From positions 142,629 through 206,628 of the forward strand of contig CAYPDT010000001.1 in the NCBI GenBank assembly GCA_964409615.1: a stretch of 64,000 nt of DNA, in the 5' to 3' direction. Shown here one piece after another: positions 1-8,740 of the stretch. The notes beneath the pieces are model-generated. The model did not search any database and had not been told where the DNA came from. It saw only the letters and a list, made by a program, of their open reading frames with translations. Source of the stretch: an uncultured Candidatus Saccharibacteria bacterium (lineage in GTDB: Bacteria > Patescibacteriota > Saccharimonadia > Saccharimonadales > AWTP1-31). Position numbers and translations under genes: made by a program. Positions within the stretch are counted from its first letter, which is position 1. The number at the start of each line of letters is the position of its first letter.

Positions 1-565
1 CGCAGCGAATACCGCCAGTACAGTAAGTTACAACCGGTTTGTCCTTGATGTCGTTATATTTATCACTTTCAAGGTCGTCTAGAAAATCACGAGTTGTTTT
101 AGTTTCGGGTACTACAGCATCTTTGAATTTACCGACAGCTGCTTCATACGCGTTGCGGCCATCAAAAAAGACCACATCATCACGCTCAGAAACCAGCTTG
201 TGCACTTGTTCAGGTTTTAAGTGTTTTCCCCCACCTATTACACCATGTTCACTCACTTTAATTTCGTCTGGAGCTCCAAAAGCTACGAGTTCATCACGGA
301 CTTTAATGCTTAAACGAGGAAAATCAGTACCGGTACCGTCACTCCACTTGTACATAATACCCTTGAAGATTACCGAGCGATTCATCTCACGCTTGTATTC
401 ACGCAGGTTCTCGATGTCGCCGCCAAGTGTACCGTTAATGCCGTGTTTACTGACAATTACGCGCCCTTTAAGACCGAGTCGGTGACATAGCTCTTTCTGC
501 CATCGAACAGTCATTGCCGCATCAGCTACAGGCACAAATTTGTAATACAAAATTACCTTATTCAT
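1..565 (-). CDS. trhO: tRNA uridine(34) hydroxylase TrhO / UPF0176 rhodanese-domain protein; the C-terminal part lies beyond the window start
   Basis: Absent from the ORF track because it runs off the edge. My minus-strand translation from ATG 565 reads MNKVILYYKFVPVADAAMTVRWQKELCHRLGLKGRVIVSKHGINGTLGG...PVVTYCTGGIRC. This is the YceA/UPF0176 N-domain followed by the rhodanese CTGGIRC active-site loop. Confidence 0.75.
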   Translation of the reverse strand, partial: MNKVILYYKFVPVADAAMTVRWQKELCHRLGLKGRVIVSKHGINGTLGGDIENLREYKREMNRSVIFKGIMYKWSDGTGTDFPRLSIKVRDELVAFGAPDEIKVSEHGVIGGGKHLKPEQVHKLVSERDDVVFFDGRNAYEAAVGKFKDAVVPETKTTRDFLDDLESDKYNDIKDKPVVTYCTGGIRC

Positions 566-625
566 CACAAGCAGTATACACTATAACCCCTGTTGGTTAA
601 ACCTATTACACCATATTTTTCACTA

Positions 626-646
626 TTCCAAGGTGCGACCTTGGAA
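626..646. repeat. Intergenic palindrome family, copy 1: TTCCAAGGTGCGACCTTGGAA (one mismatched pair next to the centre)
   Basis: Read directly. Lies in the divergent region between trhO (start 565) and the ABC exporter (start 886). Flanked upstream by ACCCCTGTTG (586-595) and ACACCATATTTT (608-619), which also flank copy 4. Confidence 0.8.
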
Positions 647-885
647 ATCATATGTTACTTTATTTACAACAATATGGTATCTGTTTGTGAATATGTGTTA
701 CACTTTTAAGCAATATCATTTAACGGAAAGGGCGGCCACAACCACCATGTCGGAACCAACAACTATCTCTTCGGTCGCCCACATTGCGACACGCTAGACG
801 GTCGGAATTGTAAAAAACCTAAAATAAACCTGTTCGATATATAATTACATTTTAATAAGCGATGAGGCCAAGGAGGCTCAATCGC

Positions 886-2679
886 ATGAAAACTCAACCT
901 ACTATTGGCCCTATGGCCACACTTCGCCTGTATTGGCAAAGCGCTCTCAAATTTAAAAAACCCATGGCTTTGGTGTATGGTTTAATGCCAGTTGCTCAAA
1001 TTGCCGAAGAAACTATCTCGCCACTGCTAGTTGCTTCTATTTTGAATAAGCTGGCTTCGGGACGCTTCGATGAACTTACTAGTGAAAAGGTATTGCCTGT
1101 TATCGGCATCATTATCGCCATTGAACTGTTTTCACATTTTCTTTGGATTACCATTGTTCGTATTTTTTGGCGCTGGCAAGAAAACGTTATGCGCGACTTA
1201 GCCGAACGGTCGTCTGATCATCTGTCGACCATGAGCTACCGTTTCTTTAGTGACCGGTTTGCCGGATCGCTAGTGAACCAAGTTAGTAAATTTTCTGGCT
1301 CATTCGAGCGCCTAACCGATTCTATGACATGGAATGTCTACAAGTTAGTAATTGGTGCAGTTGCTACCTGTGTGGTTTTACTACCAAAGGCACCGATAGT
1401 TGTAGCCGGCATAATCGGTATTGCAACTATCTACATTCCTACCGTCTGGTACTTCCGTAAAAAGCAGGTGCCCTTTAACAAACGTTGGGCACAAGCCGAA
1501 ACACATCGCACTGGGCAACTTGCTGATTACGTTGGCAACATTATTGCCGTAAAGTCATTCAGCAATGAAAAGCTCGAAAAGAAGCTGATCCGCAAACGAT
1601 TCGATGAGGTGTTTGATAGATCAATAGACACCATGCGTTTAAACATGAATCAAGAATTGGTCAGTGGTGTCATACAGCGTAGCTTGAATGTGTTCGTGAT
1701 TGGATTCTCCATCTGGTTGGCAACAACTGGCCGAATAGAAGTTGGGGTCATCTACCTATCGCTCGAGTACACTCGTGCTATTCTGCGACGTCTTTGGGAT
1801 CTTAACAGTACATTCCGCAACATCACCCGTGTGTTTGGTGATGCACACGATATGACCGAAATCTTGCAAATCACACCAGAAGTAAAAGACCCTATTGAAC
1901 CGGAAACACCACAGATAACCGATGGCGCCATCGCCTTCAATCAAGTGACATTCCGCTACGAGGGCGACAAGTCGAAGACCAAAACTAAAACCTTGTTCAG
2001 TAATCTTGCACTCGATATTAAACCAGGTGAAAAGATTGGTTTAGTTGGTCCAAGTGGTGGCGGTAAGACCACTATTACAAAGTTGCTGCTTCGATTCATG
2101 GATATTCAAGACGGTAGCATAACCATTGACGGTCAAGATATTGCTGCCATCAGCCAGCAAGACTTGCGTAGTTACATAGCCTACGTATCGCAAGAGCCGA
2201 TTCTGTTCCATCGCAGTCTGTACGATAACATTCGTTATGGAAAACTTGGCGCTACAAAGCAAGAAGTCTTGGCAGCTGCCCGACACGCTCATGCTGACGA
2301 ATTCATCGGCAGCCTGCCGGAAGGCTATGAAACACTGGTGGGTGAACGCGGTGTCAAATTAAGCGGTGGGCAACGCCAACGAATTGCCATCGCCCGTGCC
2401 ATGCTGAAAGATGCACCCATTTTGGTGCTCGATGAAGCCACAAGTGCCCTAGACAGTGAAAGTGAAGTTCTGATTCAGGACGCACTCTGGAAACTCATGG
2501 AATCTAAAACAGCATTAGTCATAGCTCATCGGCTGAGCACCATTCAGAAAATGGACCGCATCATTGTGCTAGACAAGGGTTCTATTGTAGAGCAAGGAAC
2601 ACACACCGAGCTCATCAATCAAAAAGGTGTCTACGCCAAGCTCTGGGCGCATCAATCAGGCGGCTTCTTAGAGGATTAA
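886..2679 (+). CDS. ABC exporter, fused permease/ATPase (MsbA/multidrug type), subunit 1
   Basis: TM domain plus NBD with Walker A GPSGGGKTT, signature LSGGQRQR, Walker B ILVLDEATS and H-loop AHRLST. Start moved from 862 to ATG 886, which follows AAGGAGG at 873-879. Confidence 0.9.
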   Translation: MKTQPTIGPMATLRLYWQSALKFKKPMALVYGLMPVAQIAEETISPLLVASILNKLASGRFDELTSEKVLPVIGIIIAIELFSHFLWITIVRIFWRWQENVMRDLAERSSDHLSTMSYRFFSDRFAGSLVNQVSKFSGSFERLTDSMTWNVYKLVIGAVATCVVLLPKAPIVVAGIIGIATIYIPTVWYFRKKQVPFNKRWAQAETHRTGQLADYVGNIIAVKSFSNEKLEKKLIRKRFDEVFDRSIDTMRLNMNQELVSGVIQRSLNVFVIGFSIWLATTGRIEVGVIYLSLEYTRAILRRLWDLNSTFRNITRVFGDAHDMTEILQITPEVKDPIEPETPQITDGAIAFNQVTFRYEGDKSKTKTKTLFSNLALDIKPGEKIGLVGPSGGGKTTITKLLLRFMDIQDGSITIDGQDIAAISQQDLRSYIAYVSQEPILFHRSLYDNIRYGKLGATKQEVLAAARHAHADEFIGSLPEGYETLVGERGVKLSGGQRQRIAIARAMLKDAPILVLDEATSALDSESEVLIQDALWKLMESKTALVIAHRLSTIQKMDRIIVLDKGSIVEQGTHTELINQKGVYAKLWAHQSGGFLED

Positions 2680-2699
2680 GCAGGAGGTACCCCTCCTGC
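2680..2699 (+). other. Stem-loop GCAGGAGG-TACC-CCTCCTGC immediately after the ABC-1 stop codon
   Basis: Perfect 8-bp stem with a 4-nt loop, read directly. No U-tract follows, so it is more likely an intra-operon stabiliser or attenuator than a full terminator. Confidence 0.35.
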
Positions 2700-2765
2700 T
2701 CCCCTGGAGCATTATCTGTAACGGCGTAGTATACTGTTAAAAACTAGTTCTGCTTTTATTTTTAT

Positions 2766-4550
2766 ATGAACACACGGCAACAACGCATCCGCGACAAACA
2801 GACCACGCGCAGCATCCATCGGCTGTTCTGGCGAGCCATGACTAACAACAAGAAGTACTTTATTGTTACAGTCCTGCTCCATGCTCCCGCTTTTGGTATT
2901 ACACACGTGGCCATACCGCTACAGGTTGCCTATGGTATCCAAGCAATCCTCACAAAAAACTTTGCAGCCGTTCCACATTACGCCATTGTCATAATGCTAT
3001 TAGCAGTTAGCTACAACGTATTGCTTGGCTTTGCCACCTGGGCATTTAACCGTGATGGTGTTGAAGGTGCTAGCTATGTGCAAAAACAAATTTTTAGTAA
3101 TTATCTTTCGAAAGACTATGAATTTTACAGCAACACCTATGTTGGGGCGCTGGGAGCGCAAGCCTCTCGTATGCGAGATGCTTTTATCGACTATAATCGC
3201 ATTACCCTCTTCGACATCCCAAAAAGTGCCGTTATTATAATCGCTGGGCTGGGCGTTATTGCCTCAAAATCTATCCTTTTGGCTTTGGTGACCGCTGGCT
3301 GCATGCTGCTGGTGCTAAGCTATACCATCATAACCAGTCAACTTCGTCTTAAGTACCGGCGCTTGGTGAGCGAAGCTAGCAGCCACTTGTCTGGTGTTAT
3401 TGGCGATGCGCTTGGGCACGGTGCAACAGTCAAGAGTTTCGCAACTGAAGAGTATGAAGCTAAGCGACTTGAAGCACCACTTAGTGCTTGGCGTAAAGCT
3501 CAGCTGCAATCGTGGGACCTGTTTACTCCAGCCAACACCGGGCGCAACCTGCTTAATGCCTTCACGACCTGCGCATTACTTATCTTAACTTCACGTATGT
3601 ATCAGCAAGGTACAATAACCATCGCAATTGTTACTTTGGTTCAGTTATACGCCGTTAAGTTGGTTGGCGTAACATTAGACATTGCCGAAATTATTAAATC
3701 CTACGAAACAGTTATGGGCTCAGCTTACGAGCCAATGGTCACTATGAATATTCGACCTAGCGTTCGAGATACCGAAACGCCGCAAAAGATTATATCCCCC
3801 GTCAAACATCTGACTTTCGATGCCGTAACCTTTCAATACCCAGACAATGCTGCCGATATCCATGCCATCGACACACTATCCTTTCAGGTTAAGCAGGGTG
3901 AAAAAATTGGTATAGTCGGTCGTTCTGGAAGTGGCAAAACTACACTCACCAAGTTACTGTTACGCTTTATGGATGTCAGTGATGGCAGTATACAAATTAA
4001 TGGGATTGATATTCGTAATATCACCCAGCATGATCTTCGTAATCTCATCGCCTACGTTCCGCAAGAACCACTCCTGTTCCATCGGACTGTATTAGAAAAT
4101 ATCGCGTATGCTGCACCCAAAAAATCTACAGAGGATGTTGCCGAAGCCGCCAAGCTTGCGCGGGTAGATGCTTTTGTAGAAGACTTGCCAAACGGTTATC
4201 AAACACTTGTTGGCGAACGAGGCGTTAAACTAAGTGGCGGACAGCGCCAGCGCATTGCAATAGCGCGTGCCATACTTCGCGACGCTCCAATCTTGGTACT
4301 CGACGAAGCCACCAGCTCGCTCGACAGCGAAAGCGAACAATTCATTCAGGATGCATTTGATAACTTAATGAAGCACCGTACTACTATTGTTATCGCGCAC
4401 CGGCTCAGCACAATCCAGAAAATGGACCGCATATTGGTAGTTGATAAAGGCAGCGTCATCGAGCAAGGTAGCCACGTCGAGCTACTCAAACATAAAGGTC
4501 TCTACGCCAAACTCTGGGCTCACCAATCTGGCGGATTTATAGAAGAATAG
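2766..4550 (+). CDS. ABC exporter, fused permease/ATPase, subunit 2 (probable heterodimer partner)
   Basis: Walker A GRSGSGKTT, LSGGQRQR, ILVLDEATS, AHRLST. Same architecture as the upstream paralog. Both nucleotide-binding sites look canonical. Confidence 0.9.
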   Translation: MNTRQQRIRDKQTTRSIHRLFWRAMTNNKKYFIVTVLLHAPAFGITHVAIPLQVAYGIQAILTKNFAAVPHYAIVIMLLAVSYNVLLGFATWAFNRDGVEGASYVQKQIFSNYLSKDYEFYSNTYVGALGAQASRMRDAFIDYNRITLFDIPKSAVIIIAGLGVIASKSILLALVTAGCMLLVLSYTIITSQLRLKYRRLVSEASSHLSGVIGDALGHGATVKSFATEEYEAKRLEAPLSAWRKAQLQSWDLFTPANTGRNLLNAFTTCALLILTSRMYQQGTITIAIVTLVQLYAVKLVGVTLDIAEIIKSYETVMGSAYEPMVTMNIRPSVRDTETPQKIISPVKHLTFDAVTFQYPDNAADIHAIDTLSFQVKQGEKIGIVGRSGSGKTTLTKLLLRFMDVSDGSIQINGIDIRNITQHDLRNLIAYVPQEPLLFHRTVLENIAYAAPKKSTEDVAEAAKLARVDAFVEDLPNGYQTLVGERGVKLSGGQRQRIAIARAILRDAPILVLDEATSSLDSESEQFIQDAFDNLMKHRTTIVIAHRLSTIQKMDRILVVDKGSVIEQGSHVELLKHKGLYAKLWAHQSGGFIEE

Positions 4551-4592
4551 TTACAGAACACAAAACAGCTTGGGCATTTTAGCTTGTAGGCT

Positions 4593-5168
4593 CTAGGCAG
4601 CTGCATCTAAATCTGAACGCGTAGGCAAAAAGCGTACTGCAGATTCTACAAGACGACGTCCTCTATGGAGCCTAAGGCCCTGCATAAGTGTGCCTAAGGT
4701 TGGCACCTCGATAGTATGAATACCAACAGCCTGTGCATTTGCGATATCGCGCCTGGCATCATGGCCAATCATTACCACGCTGGTTGGGTCGGCATTAAGT
4801 TCATTAATAATTCGCTCATAAAAGGCTGGAGTCGCCTTGGTCACTACTCGTTTACCAGCTAGAAACGGACCGAAAATATGGTCGGCATGGCTGCGTATCC
4901 CAGACAAAGCTCCAACAAAAGGATTGTCGCTCGCCATCCCAAAGCCAGCAATATGCCCAATGTCACGTGCTTCACAAATACTGGTACGAACTTCAGGTAG
5001 TACAGGGTTTGTCGCAAAGGCGACAGCTTGATCATAGTCAAATAAGACAGTCGGAGGTTGGCCAACTTCTTCACAAAGCATTTGCCAATTAATATCTATA
5101 ACAGAATCCGCCCTAAAGCTTAGTGGAAAACCAACTGGCTCTTTGGGCGATTCTGTATGGTGTGACAT
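4593..5168 (-). CDS. HAD-superfamily-like hydrolase (weak)
   Basis: Motif I-like LFDYDQA, and a C-terminal motif IV-like MIGHDARRDIANAQAVG. The motifs are degenerate. Confidence 0.4.
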   Translation of the reverse strand: MSHHTESPKEPVGFPLSFRADSVIDINWQMLCEEVGQPPTVLFDYDQAVAFATNPVLPEVRTSICEARDIGHIAGFGMASDNPFVGALSGIRSHADHIFGPFLAGKRVVTKATPAFYERIINELNADPTSVVMIGHDARRDIANAQAVGIHTIEVPTLGTLMQGLRLHRGRRLVESAVRFLPTRSDLDAAA

Positions 5169-5199
5169 ATGTATTAGAATTTACGAAATAATCAGTAGA

Positions 5200-5868
5200 C
5201 TATTCAGCAGTTTTTTCAGCTTCTGCTGATTTGTCGTCGCCACCGTTTGCGGCAGGAACTGCGGAGGCATCCGCATCTTCTGCCTCAGCCTCTTCAGACA
5301 TTTGTGCTTTTGTCTCTTCGACAGTAGCAATGGCGTGCTCGGCCTCAGTGATAATTGTGACACCAGCAGGTACTTTCAGGTCAGCAACAGCTAGTTTGTC
5401 GCCAATCTCTGTCAGGCTGCTTGGGTCTATTATTATCTCATCGATTAAGTCTTTTGGCAAGGCTTCTATTTCGATTACATCGAGGTTGCGAATAACCATC
5501 AGGCCAGCTTTTTCTGCTGGAATCTCTACATCTTCCGCAAAGTGTACTGGCACTTCGGTTTGCTGTTTCTCATCAGCCTTAATAGCGTTAAAAACAACAT
5601 GGCGAATCATATGTTTGCGCGGCTCAAAATCAACATCTTTGATGAGTGCCATGTACTTTTTAGAACCAACCGTTAGGTTAACGGGGTGGTGCTTGCCAGC
5701 AGCATTAAATACTTTTAACAAGTCGGTATATGGCGCCATTACATGCAGCGACTCCTTACCATGGTCGTGTATTACGGCTGGAACATTTCCTTCACGGCGG
5801 ATTTTTCCAAGCCCCTTGCCTAATACTTCACGTTTCTCGAGCGTTACAGCGATTGTTTCGCTAGTCAT
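5200..5868 (-). CDS. rplY: 50S ribosomal protein L25 / general stress protein Ctc, with an acidic C-terminal tail
   Basis: N-terminus LEKREVLGKGLGKIRREGNVPAVIHDHGKESLHV...HHPVNLTV is typical of long-form L25/Ctc. Confidence 0.85.
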   Translation of the reverse strand: MTSETIAVTLEKREVLGKGLGKIRREGNVPAVIHDHGKESLHVMAPYTDLLKVFNAAGKHHPVNLTVGSKKYMALIKDVDFEPRKHMIRHVVFNAIKADEKQQTEVPVHFAEDVEIPAEKAGLMVIRNLDVIEIEALPKDLIDEIIIDPSSLTEIGDKLAVADLKVPAGVTIITEAEHAIATVEETKAQMSEEAEAEDADASAVPAANGGDDKSAEAEKTAE

Positions 5869-5961
5869 TCCGGTTACCCTCCGTCATTCAACAATTAGTA
5901 CTGCTTATTATATCAGAGACAAACACCGCTAACGTTGTTGAATCTACCAATAACGAACTAT

Positions 5962-6702
5962 TTAGCCGCTCGTTGCAAATTCTTTTCGCAATGAATCTTT
6001 TTTACTGTCGTCGACTACAGCGCGGGTGGCATTGAAAAGAGGTAAGTATAAAGAGTTTGGTGTCGTAGCTACCAATTGTCGTATTCGAGGCACTGCGAAT
6101 CGCAGAATTCTTAATTGGTTCGCCTTGGTTGGCTCAACGCGGGTTAGTCGGTTTCCAAAGTCCTGTGCCAGGTCAACAGCACTATCTACCACAATCCCCA
6201 CTTGCATAAGCACCTGCAGCCACTGGTTAAATCTATCCTCTGTGCCGGTTTGATTTTCAATCTCAAACAATCGAGCGGTTTGTACGCCCTCGAACAATGC
6301 GAGTCGCCCTAATGCATGCGGATGAAAGGCCATACGACGCGTTAGGGCAATTTCTTTTATCGCCATAGTAGCGTCAATCACACGAGTTGTTTTTTCTGCA
6401 GACCAATCGCGCGCTAAAGCCTGCATATTGCTCGTTAGCCCGTTATATTGTGCATCAGCATTGTCTAATGGCGCCATGAATAGTCGTGCAACTTCTGCAT
6501 CGTATGACTCTTCTCGTTCAACCTGAGGAGCTTGCCCATCCAGAATGTCATCAAGATTACGACATGCTGCAAGCATGGCTTGCCACTCGTTGCTCTGATC
6601 ATCCGACACATACAGGCCAAACTTATCTGCTGCCGTTGCAAATATCTCTGCACCCCTACTATAGGTATGTAGTTGCGGGTCCTCTAATGCACTACTGGCC
6701 AA
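5962..6702 (-). CDS. Squalene/phytoene-synthase-like (head-to-head trans-isoprenyl diphosphate synthase fold) protein
   Basis: First Asp-rich motif AMLAACRNLDDILDG (compare A.YA.CR..DD..D in CrtB/CrtM). Second motif GIVVDSAVDLAQDFGNRL (compare LRDVGEDF.N.R). Overlaps the upstream gene by 11 nt. Confidence 0.45.
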   Translation of the reverse strand: MASSALEDPQLHTYSRGAEIFATAADKFGLYVSDDQSNEWQAMLAACRNLDDILDGQAPQVEREESYDAEVARLFMAPLDNADAQYNGLTSNMQALARDWSAEKTTRVIDATMAIKEIALTRRMAFHPHALGRLALFEGVQTARLFEIENQTGTEDRFNQWLQVLMQVGIVVDSAVDLAQDFGNRLTRVEPTKANQLRILRFAVPRIRQLVATTPNSLYLPLFNATRAVVDDSKKDSLRKEFATSG

Positions 6703-7498
6703 AACGTTCTCCCGTAACTTTATGTGCTAGTTGCATCGCAATTCTCCCGGCATGGCTGCTGGTTGTGCTAGCAAAAAGCTGCAAGGTATTGCCGAGAACT
6801 CGCAGGTCTTCACCTACAGAAGCCTTTTCAAGTATATAGGTTGACTCTAGTTCAATTCTTTGACGCAATAAATCGTCTGGATCTCCCTCTAATTCGTAAC
6901 CGTGGTGCAGGTTACTGAATTCATCGAATATTCCAGGTAAGGCTAATGAGCGAACTTTAATCCATTCATCGGCTTCTTTTGCGCCGATAAGATGGTGAAC
7001 CTTTTCTAAGTAAAGACCTAGTAGTGGTCGTGGTCCAATAATAGACATTTCCCTCTTGGCAACGTTTGCCAATTGTAAAGATTCATCAATACGCAGCAGG
7101 CTCAAGACTTGTCCAAGAGGGCTCCTACATGGGTCATCGTGCCGACCATTACTGTGTGTATCCTCAGAGGCACCAGGCATAGTTGTTAGTTTGAAAATAG
7201 TAAACGGCTCACCATCTACTCCAATCCTTCTTTGTTTGAAGACGGGTCGTTCGTGATCAATATATTTCACAGCGAGAGCACCTGCGGCTGTCGGGATGGC
7301 GGTTATCGGCAAAACTCCTAGCCCTAAAAGGGCATCAAGAGCAGCTTTTTGTGGACTGCGTAGATAGTCCCTGCCCACCGGCATGTTTGCTGGGTCCCAC
7401 AATTGAGGTTCGGCCAATAACCCTCTCAGAGCGCCATAGTCTTGTTTTTTTCTAATCATTATTGCTTTGTAGTCTACCGCATCAGCAGAGTAATGCAA
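6692..7498 (-). CDS. Polyprenyl-phosphate sugar-phosphate transferase (bacterial sugar transferase family)
   Basis: One TM helix, then PVFKQRRIGVDGEPFTIFKLTTM and MSIIGPRPLL, the family signatures. TTG start as given in the track; an internal ATG (MIRKK) is also possible. Confidence 0.7.
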   Translation of the reverse strand: MHYSADAVDYKAIMIRKKQDYGALRGLLAEPQLWDPANMPVGRDYLRSPQKAALDALLGLGVLPITAIPTAAGALAVKYIDHERPVFKQRRIGVDGEPFTIFKLTTMPGASEDTHSNGRHDDPCRSPLGQVLSLLRIDESLQLANVAKREMSIIGPRPLLGLYLEKVHHLIGAKEADEWIKVRSLALPGIFDEFSNLHHGYELEGDPDDLLRQRIELESTYILEKASVGEDLRVLGNTLQLFASTTSSHAGRIAMQLAHKVTGERFGQ

Positions 7499-7519
7499 GC
7501 ATAACCAAAAATCATATTT

Positions 7520-7538
7520 TCCAAGGTCCGACCTTGGA
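7520..7538. repeat. Intergenic palindrome family, copy 2: TCCAAGGTCCGACCTTGGA (perfect, 19 nt)
   Basis: Read directly. Lies in the divergent region between the sugar-transferase operon (start 7498) and dedA (7554). Confidence 0.8.
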
Positions 7539-7553
7539 CAGTGACTATACGTT

Positions 7554-8234
7554 ATGTGCAGAATCGGTTACTATATATTGGTGTTTGACATAGAGCAAAT
7601 TATTTCAGCTGGTGGCATTTTGCTCGTTTCGTTAATTGTCTTTGCTGAATCTGGTTTATTGATTGGTTTCTTCCTTCCGGGAGACACTTTACTCTTTGGT
7701 GCAGGCCTAGCTGCGAGCCAGGGCAAATTCTCACTTTTTTGGCTAATTTTCTTTGTAGTGATTGCTGCAGTTATTGGTGATAATGTTGGCTACAGCATTG
7801 GTCGCCGTGCCGGACCGCGAATTTTTAAGAAAAAAGACGGCATCCTTTTCAGACAAGAATACATTCAAAAAGCCGAAGAATTCTATTCAGCCCACGGCGG
7901 TAAGACCATTATCATGGCTCGCTTCACCCCTATTGTTCGCACATTCGCTCCGGTAGTTGCGGGTGCGAGTAAGATGCCTCGTCAAAAGTTCTTAGTGTAT
8001 AACATCATTGGTGGTATTTTGTGGGGCGCTGGTTTGCCAGTACTAGGGTATGCACTGGGCAGCCGCATTCCACACCTTGATCATTACATCGAAAAAGTTA
8101 TTATCGGTGTTATGGTTCTGAGCCTATTATTAGCCTTTGTACATCTGCTAAAAGATAGAAAGACGCGAACCTTGATGCTCAACGGAATCAAAGCTCAAGC
8201 GCGCAAGCTTCTGCTGAACAAACGCGTCGACTAG
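7554..8234 (+). CDS. DedA/SNARE-associated family membrane protein
   Basis: FAESGLLIGFFLPGDTLLFGAG plus the multi-TM layout typical of DedA. Confidence 0.85.
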   Translation: MCRIGYYILVFDIEQIISAGGILLVSLIVFAESGLLIGFFLPGDTLLFGAGLAASQGKFSLFWLIFFVVIAAVIGDNVGYSIGRRAGPRIFKKKDGILFRQEYIQKAEEFYSAHGGKTIIMARFTPIVRTFAPVVAGASKMPRQKFLVYNIIGGILWGAGLPVLGYALGSRIPHLDHYIEKVIIGVMVLSLLLAFVHLLKDRKTRTLMLNGIKAQARKLLLNKRVD

Positions 8235-8713
8235 GCAAAGCTATTTGGGTCATTTCGAGCTGCAACTGTCTGTGCGGTAATAAATGTAATCAACGCATTG
8301 CAAGGTTTTTGTGGTCCAGTGTAGTGCATTGATTCTAGCGTAAAATCGTCTGGCAAAATAACGTCAAATTGATGATCTTCGGCCGGCTGGTAATCATAGT
8401 CAAAAAGCTCTTGGTATGGTATTTCTGTAATGAATTCTCTAATGAGTGCACCAAAAATATTTGCATGTCTTGCGACTAAAAGTTCACCTATTGGCTGGTA
8501 GTAACTTCGGAGAATGCGGCTTTTTTGAGCTTCGGTAGCAAGAGGGTCTAACACGGCAGCTTCAGGAGTCTCGAACTCACCGACCGGCCACTGAAAATTT
8601 CCGGCATTATCGGTATCAACAAGCTTCATTTTTGCATGGTGAAGCCATGGGAAACGAATAGCGTGAAATGATCGCACGAGAGCAACGCGCTCATTATATA
8701 AAACGTTACTCAA
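8231..8713 (-). CDS. Hypothetical protein (160 aa)
   Basis: ORF lies 27 nt downstream of the HExxH protein gene on the same strand. No motif recognised. Confidence 0.5.
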   Translation of the reverse strand: MSNVLYNERVALVRSFHAIRFPWLHHAKMKLVDTDNAGNFQWPVGEFETPEAAVLDPLATEAQKSRILRSYYQPIGELLVARHANIFGALIREFITEIPYQELFDYDYQPAEDHQFDVILPDDFTLESMHYTGPQKPCNALITFITAQTVAARNDPNSFA

Positions 8714-8740
8714 AAATTACTCCCCTCATAATGCCAGTTC

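Noticed and set aside
39-485. 148-aa plus-strand ORF at the start of the window
   Set aside because: It is antisense to a much better-supported minus-strand gene (trhO, with YceA and rhodanese motifs). Its translation is low-complexity and Ser/Leu/Pro-rich, with no Shine-Dalgarno.
650-860. Riboswitch or leader peptide (16-aa ORF MSEPTTISSVAHIATR at about 746-796) upstream of the ABC exporter pair
   Set aside because: There is no Shine-Dalgarno at a functional distance and no match to the guanidine, ykkC or other exporter-associated motifs I know. The best -10 for the operon (TATAAT near 836-843) lies downstream of this stretch.
2766-4550. Degenerate (non-catalytic) nucleotide-binding site in the heterodimeric ABC pair
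   Set aside because: Both subunits keep a canonical Walker A, LSGGQ signature, Walker B with catalytic Glu, and H-loop His. There is no evidence for an asymmetric pair.
5231-5932. 233-aa plus-strand ORF opposite rplY
   Set aside because: It is a mirror ORF of the L25/Ctc gene. The translation is Ser/Ala-rich and low-complexity. The L25 frame carries recognisable family motifs. The other long antisense ORFs inside uvrA, the 590-aa gene, alaS and so on were rejected for the same reason.
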